A DNA stretch of 64,000 nucleotides from Lentisphaeria bacterium (lineage in GTDB: Bacteria; Verrucomicrobiota; Lentisphaeria; JABSQK01; JAWLHB01): positions 1 to 64,000 of the forward strand of contig JAWLHB010000041.1 of NCBI GenBank assembly GCA_041690595.1, written 5' to 3'. Positions 57,926 to 64,000 of the stretch are shown piece after piece (the stretch's first letter is position 1; each line of letters starts with the position of its first letter). The position numbers were made by a program, and so were the translations under genes. The notes under the pieces were generated by a model that made no database searches, had not been told where the DNA came from, and saw only the letters and a list, made by a program, of their open reading frames with translations.

Positions 57926-59284
57926 TCAACCTTCCACCTGGAAGCGCAGAACGTGAACCGGTGATGGTGCCATATCCGCCGGCAGCGTTACCGTCACCCG
58001 ATCCCCATCGCGGCTCCAGGTAACCGGGCGCCCTCCAGCGAGGAGGACCATCGGCGAACCATCCGCCGGCAGGCATCCCTGCCATGTCGCGCTCGTCATC
58101 GGCGACTCGTCGTCGGTCAGGATCAGCGCATACGCGGCGCTCCCCTTGCGCGTGAAGCAGACGTTGCCGTTGCGGTATGGCGCGATCGGGCGGCTCCCGT
58201 GAATCGCCTCCCCATTCGACTCCATCCAGGCCGCCAGTTCCTTCAGCCGCGCGATCGGCTCCGCGTCGAAGGTGCCCGCCGGCGAAGGGCCAATATTCAG
58301 CAGGAGATTGCCCCCCTTCGCCACGATATCCGTCAGCATGTGAAGCAGTGTGCGGGTGCTCTTGTAGGTATCGTTTGGCCGGTATGCCCAGCCGTTACCC
58401 ATGGTCATGCACGACTCCCACGCGTGCCCAAGCGGCTCGTCCGGCACTTGCTGTTCCGGCGTCAGAATGTTCTCGTAAGGACCGCCCACCGTGCGATCCG
58501 CCATGATCAGGCCCGGCTGATGCCGCCGCCCCATCGCCGCCATCGTCGCCATCCGGATATCCTGATCCGGGGGCCGCACCTGCCCGCCATCCAGCCAGAG
58601 CGCATCCAGCGGACCATAGCCCGTCATCAGCTCCTCAACCTGTGCATGCACGAAGTCGATGAAGCGCCGCCAGCGTTCCGGATGAGCGTGCGTGTCATAA
58701 TTCGGATGCCGATCCGGGGCCGGACGATCTGGCGACCAGTACCACGGGCTGTGCCAATCCGACTTCGAAAAGTAGCACGAGATGGCGAAATCCCGCTCCC
58801 GGAAGGCATCGAAGACCTCTCGTACAATGTTGGCCCGAGGATGGGTGTGAAAGGGACACGACGGATGCGTGATCCGATAATCCGTCGTCCGCGTGTCGAA
58901 CATGCAGAACCCATCGTGGTGCTTGGTTGTGAAAGCCAGGTACTTCATGCCCGCCGCTTTCGCCAGATCCGCCCAGGGCTCCGGCGCGAACTCCGTCGGG
59001 TTGAACGTCCTGTTCAGCGCCCAGTAGTCGCGGCGAAAGCGCGCCAGATCGTCATCCCGCTCGCGCCAGGCGGCAAGATCATCCGGCCGCGCCCAGAGAT
59101 CGGCAGCCACCAAAGGCCACGACTCGATGCACCCCCACTGACTGTACGGCCCCCAGTGGATGAAAAGTCCGAACTTCAGATCCTGAAACCACTCCAGCCG
59201 ATCCCACAGCCACGCCGGATACTCCCCGGTGCCCAGATCCGCCGCACCCTCACCCTCGATGATATCTGCCCGTGTCGCGCTCAT
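57926..59284 (-). CDS. Alpha-L-fucosidase (GH29)
   Basis: WFQD.KFGLFIHWG.YS, TTKHHDGF, LWLDG, WESCMT, GGNLLLNIGP; AGGAG RBS before MSATR. Confidence 0.93.
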   Translation of the reverse strand: MSATRADIIEGEGAADLGTGEYPAWLWDRLEWFQDLKFGLFIHWGPYSQWGCIESWPLVAADLWARPDDLAAWRERDDDLARFRRDYWALNRTFNPTEFAPEPWADLAKAAGMKYLAFTTKHHDGFCMFDTRTTDYRITHPSCPFHTHPRANIVREVFDAFRERDFAISCYFSKSDWHSPWYWSPDRPAPDRHPNYDTHAHPERWRRFIDFVHAQVEELMTGYGPLDALWLDGGQVRPPDQDIRMATMAAMGRRHQPGLIMADRTVGGPYENILTPEQQVPDEPLGHAWESCMTMGNGWAYRPNDTYKSTRTLLHMLTDIVAKGGNLLLNIGPSPAGTFDAEPIARLKELAAWMESNGEAIHGSRPIAPYRNGNVCFTRKGSAAYALILTDDESPMTSATWQGCLPADGSPMVLLAGGRPVTWSRDGDRVTVTLPADMAPSPVHVLRFQVEG

Positions 59285-59504
59285 GCCCTGCTCCTGTTGG
59301 AAGAATGACCCATGGTTCGCATACCTTGCCAGCATCCTTGACGCCTGCAAGCCACTACACGGCACTTTCGCCTCCCACTCACTGTACGTTTTTCTCCGCT
59401 TCTTGCCGCGAAGCGTTTGGAAAGGCCCCGTGACGCGACTATCTTCAGCCTGGAGCTTGGAGCGCACCCACGCTGTCTATCCCATGATCTGGAAGGGGGC
59501 TGCC

Positions 59505-60365
59505 ATGAAATTTCGCGCGGATCCGCTGAGTTTCTTCCGTAACCGCCTTGAGCCGATGGCCCTGTACGCCCGCCGCCATTGGCTGGGCGATGATGTTGGC
59601 CACCTGATGAACAGGATGGCACAACAGGTCGAAGAGACCCAATTCCCCGACGGCAGCTGGGATCGATCCGTGGCCCGCACCATCGAACAGATGTTCACCT
59701 TGTGGCTTCTGCGTGGCGGCTGGCCCACCCGCGCCATGCGCCGCGGACTCGACTGGTTGATGGAAACCGAGGAACCGCCCATGGTCTGCACCTGCAATGA
59801 CGGCGGCAGGTACGACGGCATGCTCTTTCGCTTGAGCAAGGAAGACCGGGCCGCCTTGCGCAAGATGGACAACACCCCCTTTACCTCAGGGTGTGGAGGC
59901 TTCGTCAAGACCGGCGCCGCCATGTTCTTCTGCGGTGTCCTCAATTGCCATGATCGCCCCCAGCTCAAGGCGATACATGACTCGCTGCTCCACACCGCCG
60001 CCGTGCGCGATGGCCGCCTCTGCAGCGGCAGCTGCGCCAGCAATATCATCCAGGGCATGGTCGTCCTACCCTGGATGCGTCAGGGCGCCGCCATGCAACG
60101 CGTCATCGCCTACCTTTTCTCCTGTCAGCGATCTTCCGGCAAATGGGATGACGCTATCCCCTTCTACCAGACACTCTTTGCCCTCAGCCAACTCGAGTCG
60201 CCAATCGCCCGCCAACAGGTACAGAGATCACTCGCCTGCCTCGAACACACGCAGAACGCCGATGGATCGTGGGGCCGCAACCGCCAACTCATCTGCTCCT
60301 TCCTGGCCACCGCCGCCATGCTTCAAGCCAGCATCCTTTCCAGCGAAAGACAGCCAAATTCATAG
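59505..60365 (+). CDS. Hypothetical protein with prenyltransferase/squalene-cyclase-like QW repeats
   Basis: QFPDGSW, QRSSGKW, QNADGSWG; AAGGGGG RBS before MKFRA. Confidence 0.65.
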   Translation: MKFRADPLSFFRNRLEPMALYARRHWLGDDVGHLMNRMAQQVEETQFPDGSWDRSVARTIEQMFTLWLLRGGWPTRAMRRGLDWLMETEEPPMVCTCNDGGRYDGMLFRLSKEDRAALRKMDNTPFTSGCGGFVKTGAAMFFCGVLNCHDRPQLKAIHDSLLHTAAVRDGRLCSGSCASNIIQGMVVLPWMRQGAAMQRVIAYLFSCQRSSGKWDDAIPFYQTLFALSQLESPIARQQVQRSLACLEHTQNADGSWGRNRQLICSFLATAAMLQASILSSERQPNS

Positions 60366-60393
60366 TTGCCCATGGTCGCGCAGCCGGTCTGAC

Positions 60394-61011
60394 TCATGAC
60401 TGCTCCTCAACTCCCCGCTGGGCTGACTTCTCAACTCCCAATCGCCCGGTCAGTGCGGCTCCGGCCGCCATCACGAAGAGCAGAAGCTGGATCACCTGAC
60501 CGAGAATGGGCAGGTAACCTGCCAGCAGTATCACCGTACCACCAAGCAGAACCGACGCCAGCACCGATCCCAGAAAGCGGGAACTCATGCTCGCCAGCAT
60601 CCGGTCTCCCACGTCGTACGCGATCATGCTGCCGCCGCGAACCAGCAGCACCGCCGCCAGGCAGAGCGTCACAATCACCAGCAATCCCTGAACCGGCTCG
60701 GGAATGTTGGCGGCCAACGCTATCATGCCGACCAGAATCGCCAGACTCAACAGCCCCGCGATGGCGCAATGCAGCGGGCGATTGCGCACATGAGCACTAC
60801 CATGCCGCACCTGCGCTGGGCGCCACATCGAGTACAGCGCCAGAATCGCCACCAGACCTGCCGAAAAGCAGGTCACGATCAGGATCAGCGACACGAGCCG
60901 CGCCACCTGTTCAACTGGCTGCAGCCCCACCGCCGGGGCGCCATTCGCCTGGCAAAGCGTCAACAACATCAGCGCGAGCATCGTCCACCGGCAGCGAGAA
61001 AGGTTACGCAT
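60394..61011 (-). CDS. Multi-pass membrane protein
   Basis: About 6 hydrophobic segments; overlaps the anti-sigma stop codon. Confidence 0.75.
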   Translation of the reverse strand: MRNLSRCRWTMLALMLLTLCQANGAPAVGLQPVEQVARLVSLILIVTCFSAGLVAILALYSMWRPAQVRHGSAHVRNRPLHCAIAGLLSLAILVGMIALAANIPEPVQGLLVIVTLCLAAVLLVRGGSMIAYDVGDRMLASMSSRFLGSVLASVLLGGTVILLAGYLPILGQVIQLLLFVMAAGAALTGRLGVEKSAQRGVEEQS

Positions 61012-61546
61012 GGGAATCATCCTTTTGGTAATAGAGAACCAGACATTGAAGAATCAGCGCCACGGCCGCGGCGCCTGCCAAAGTCACCAGTGTCAGCCCC
61101 AGGGGCGCCGCCAGATCCCCGGCATTTGCCACCACCCCCATGGCCGTCGCTGAAAGCTCCCGCGGCCAGAGCGATTGCAGCCATTCCCCGCCGCTCACCG
61201 CGACCGCCGACGCGCTGCCTGCGATGGCCGCAAGCCCCACGCGCAGCACGACCAGCGCCAGCACCTGAACCCCCAGAACGGCCAGCAGCAATGGCACCGC
61301 CCGGCTGCGCCCGCACTCGGACTCCCCAGACGGCGACAGGCGCGCCATCACCCCCTCCGCAAGCTCCGGCGGGGCATCCACCCGCAGCGCCTCATCAAAG
61401 AGTTCACGCATGCTTTCCAACTCCTGCTGGCAGCTTCGGCACGCCGCGCACGTGCCCAGGTGCATGTCGACCTCATGCCGGTCAGCGGCAAGCAGGCTTT
61501 CATCGTCAAGCAGCCGATCCTGTACGTCCAGGCATGACAAACTCAT
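61004..61546 (-). CDS. Zinc-finger (HxxxCxxC) transmembrane anti-sigma factor
   Basis: HLGTCAAC, downstream TM segments, ATGA overlap with the sigma gene. Confidence 0.85.
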   Translation of the reverse strand: MSLSCLDVQDRLLDDESLLAADRHEVDMHLGTCAACRSCQQELESMRELFDEALRVDAPPELAEGVMARLSPSGESECGRSRAVPLLLAVLGVQVLALVVLRVGLAAIAGSASAVAVSGGEWLQSLWPRELSATAMGVVANAGDLAAPLGLTLVTLAGAAAVALILQCLVLYYQKDDSHA

Positions 61547-62118
61547 GTAACGCTTCTCCATTGACGGGCGCCGGTCGCCAGAAGGCGCTTCCGGGCTCGA
61601 TGTAAGGCGACTTTGACCGCGGTTTCGCTCATGCGAAGGATCTCGGCGATCTCGCGGCAGGAGCATCCGGATAGATAGAAGAGCGAGCACACCTCCCGCG
61701 GGGTCTCCGGCAGCTCGGCGATCAAGGCATGAACTGCCTCGTTGCGTTCGTGGCGCAGCAGCCGAGTCCGCGGAGTGGCACCCGGATCGGCGAGCTGATC
61801 CAGCAGGGCGTCGCCGCCATCGCCCTGTGGTTCCCGGCGTCGGCGCACCAGCAGCGTGCGCGCGCAATTGGCGGCAATCGTCAGCAAGTAGGGTTTCAGC
61901 GGCCGTCGCGGATCGTATTGCTCGAGGTTACGGTGAAAGCGTATGAAGGCTTCCTGAGCGGCGTCGGCGGCGTCACTGGGGCGGCGGGTGATGCCCAGGG
62001 CGCAGCCGTAGACTTGACCCTGGTAGCGGCGCACCAGTTCCCGGAAGGCGTTCTCATCGCCGATGCCGGTGCGCTGCACCAGGTCACTGTCATTCAGATT
62101 TTCCATTGGAATGCTCAT
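61543..62118 (-). CDS. ECF RNA polymerase sigma factor
   Basis: GDENAFRELV.RY, DAADAAQEAF, YLLTIAAN, EIAEIL......VK..LHRAR. Confidence 0.93.
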   Translation of the reverse strand: MSIPMENLNDSDLVQRTGIGDENAFRELVRRYQGQVYGCALGITRRPSDAADAAQEAFIRFHRNLEQYDPRRPLKPYLLTIAANCARTLLVRRRREPQGDGGDALLDQLADPGATPRTRLLRHERNEAVHALIAELPETPREVCSLFYLSGCSCREIAEILRMSETAVKVALHRARKRLLATGARQWRSVT

Positions 62119-62150
62119 GATCTTCAGCCCGCCGCCGACCGGCTCTCCAC

Positions 62151-63056
62151 TCAGCGGTTCGCCTGATCGCCGGCCGCAAGGTGCCGCACGATCTCGGCGC
62201 CGTTCAGCTTGACCGTCAGAGTGGCAGTTCTCTCCGCGGAGTCTGCCGTGGCATGGCGCAAGGCGTTCTGGATCAACGGTTTGGCCGCCAGCATCGGATC
62301 CGTCGCCTTGTAGTGGCACAGGCCCTTCGCCAGATTGACCAGCGCTTCCGCCTGCACCTCGTTCATCGCCAGGACCTCTAGCGTGGCAGTGACTTCATCA
62401 CCGACCTCCGCGGTTAGCCATACCTCCTCCACACCGTAACCGGCATCCTTTCCGAAGTCCGGCCAGCGGGTGATCTCTCCCAGCACCGTCCCAATCACTG
62501 TCGCCGAGCTATCCGCCAGTTGCGTCAACTGTGGATGATCCGACGAAAAAAGCAGTTGACGATCGCCCAGTGCCGCCAGATAGCGCTCCACCAGTTCGCG
62601 ATCCCCCACCACCAGGGTCTGCTGGTCCAGCAGCATGGCCGCCTGCTTCCGCGGCTTCTTGGCATCGTTATAGTGGACCGCAAAGAGCGTCTCCGCTTGC
62701 TCAACCTTCTGCACGGTCGGCAGCCGCCCGAGCCCGTTCGACAGCTGCGTCGCCGAGAAGCTGCCCTCCAGTATCGCGATACCGCGATCTTTCTCCGACG
62801 ACAGAAACCAAACGCGCCGCACCGCGTCCGGATCCAGGCCGACCATATCCACCATGAACGACTGGAAGCTCTCTACTCGGCTTCCATGCTGCGCCAGCAG
62901 CTCCATCCCCAGCCGGCTCTCGCGCAGCTGCTCGAGATCGATCCGGCCGATGAGCACCGTATCTTTCGGAATACGGCTCAGCACATCATCCTCGGCAAGC
63001 AGCGGCAACGTCCAATTCAGCACCAGAAAAAGCAAACCGATTTTCATCGCGTTCAT
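62151..63056 (-). CDS. Secreted hypothetical protein
   Basis: Signal peptide, L..IP.D......IDL..LR.S N-terminus; start uncertain (63056 or 63047). Confidence 0.7.
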   Translation of the reverse strand: MNAMKIGLLFLVLNWTLPLLAEDDVLSRIPKDTVLIGRIDLEQLRESRLGMELLAQHGSRVESFQSFMVDMVGLDPDAVRRVWFLSSEKDRGIAILEGSFSATQLSNGLGRLPTVQKVEQAETLFAVHYNDAKKPRKQAAMLLDQQTLVVGDRELVERYLAALGDRQLLFSSDHPQLTQLADSSATVIGTVLGEITRWPDFGKDAGYGVEEVWLTAEVGDEVTATLEVLAMNEVQAEALVNLAKGLCHYKATDPMLAAKPLIQNALRHATADSAERTATLTVKLNGAEIVRHLAAGDQANR

Positions 63057-63300
63057 GATCAGGTTCTCCAGATTCAAGGAAGGGTAGGGTAGATCTATAC
63101 TTCTCGCTAGGCTGCCTGCATGCTCGGCAGCACGTTCATCCTCTACTATCGACGTATACCCCCCGAGGTTACATGCGGCGACAAGAATTGCGGCTTCCCG
63201 ATTACGCCTTCTTCATGGTATCGAACTTGCGCTCAGGCTCCCTTACCTCTATCTGTTAAGGAGACTCCTGAAACGCTAATTACCACAGGCTTCGCCCTCC

Positions 63301-64000
63301 ATGTCCGATTCCATTGACAGTCTGATCCCATCACTTCAGGGATCCGAAACCACCTTGATCCCGGCCCAGTTGATCTCCCGCTCCTATACCTGGGGCTCCA
63401 AACGCTTCATGCGACGCTACGTCGGTGACGTCCTGCACCATACCATCGGCCTGCAGCGACCCGTACCCAAGGCCCGCTTTGCCATGGCCACCAACCTCAA
63501 CCAGGTTGATCCGGATCAGTGGGTTGAGATCCCCCTCACGCAGATCGGACCGCGCGAATTCCTCTTCGAACTTCCCCTCGAACGGCGTGGCCTCTTCGCC
63601 TTCAGGCTCCGTTATTCCCCCGATGACGGCCGCACCTGGATGTGGGACCGCGTACCCGAAAGCTGGATCATGGTCGACCCCGCCGCCGTTCGCGGTCTCA
63701 AGATGTACACCCTCCTTCCCCCCGCCAGTGGCAGTTGCGCCGACTGGATCATCCAGTTGCCACACATCAAGGCCATGGGCTTCAACATGGTCCACCTGTT
63801 GCCACTCACCCTGATGGACACATCGCTGAGCCCATATGCCGCCGCCGACCTCTTTGCCCTCGATCACCGCTACGCCGACCCCGACGATCCCCGCGATCCC
63901 TTGGCTCAATTCGAAGTTTTCGTCGAGGCCGCGGCCGAACACGGCATCGGCCTCTGCATCGACCTCGTCTTCAACCATGTCGGCCTCAACAGCAATCTCG
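63301..64000 (+). CDS. GH13 alpha-amylase/glycogen-debranching-like protein (runs off the window end)
   Basis: Manual translation gives LPHIKAMGFNMVHLLP...SPYAAAD...GLCIDLVFNH; missing from the ORF track because no stop lies in the window. Confidence 0.85.
   Translation, partial: MSDSIDSLIPSLQGSETTLIPAQLISRSYTWGSKRFMRRYVGDVLHHTIGLQRPVPKARFAMATNLNQVDPDQWVEIPLTQIGPREFLFELPLERRGLFAFRLRYSPDDGRTWMWDRVPESWIMVDPAAVRGLKMYTLLPPASGSCADWIIQLPHIKAMGFNMVHLLPLTLMDTSLSPYAAADLFALDHRYADPDDPRDPLAQFEVFVEAAAEHGIGLCIDLVFNHVGLNSNL

Noticed and set aside
63225..63275. Imperfect hairpin upstream of the GH13 gene
   Set aside because: Weak pairing and no recognisable riboswitch or terminator features
63331..63978. 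215-aa minus-strand ORF
   Set aside because: Antisense to the GH13 gene, which has clear family motifs

Overview
High-GC bacterial window, probably from a PVC-superphylum (Lentisphaerae-like) draft genome; this is inferred from the H-X9-DG pseudopilin, the DUF4838 expansion and the sulfatases. There is one 100-N assembly gap. The left half is a carbohydrate-catabolism island. A plus-strand three-gene unit (PHP-like secreted protein, hypothetical, GH35/GH42-like glycosidase) converges on a ~22 kb minus-strand operon. That operon runs LacI repressor, prepilin/H-X9-DG protein, four DUF4838-type secreted glycosidase-like paralogs, PL26/YetA-like protein, C45 Ntn-hydrolase, a fifth DUF4838 paralog, SIS-like protein, Kelch/Ig protein and an MDR dehydrogenase, with no canonical transporter. 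The middle is repeat-rich. It holds a putA gene broken by one in-frame TAG, an HUH/Y1 REP-associated tyrosine transposase framed by oppositely oriented GGGACAGG tandem arrays, and a mosaic of covarying hairpins; a sixth DUF4838 gene follows. The right half is mostly housekeeping: DUF423, two sulfatases, dacB, a DtxR/MntR regulator, a Tro/Mnt ABC transporter with both permeases fused to DtxR-like domains, FAD oxidoreductase, DUF1499, PLD, proA, Zn-dehydrogenase, GH29 fucosidase, an ECF sigma/anti-sigma unit and a truncated GH13. No rRNA, tRNA or CRISPR array was recognised. All family assignments are by-eye motif recognition, not database searches.
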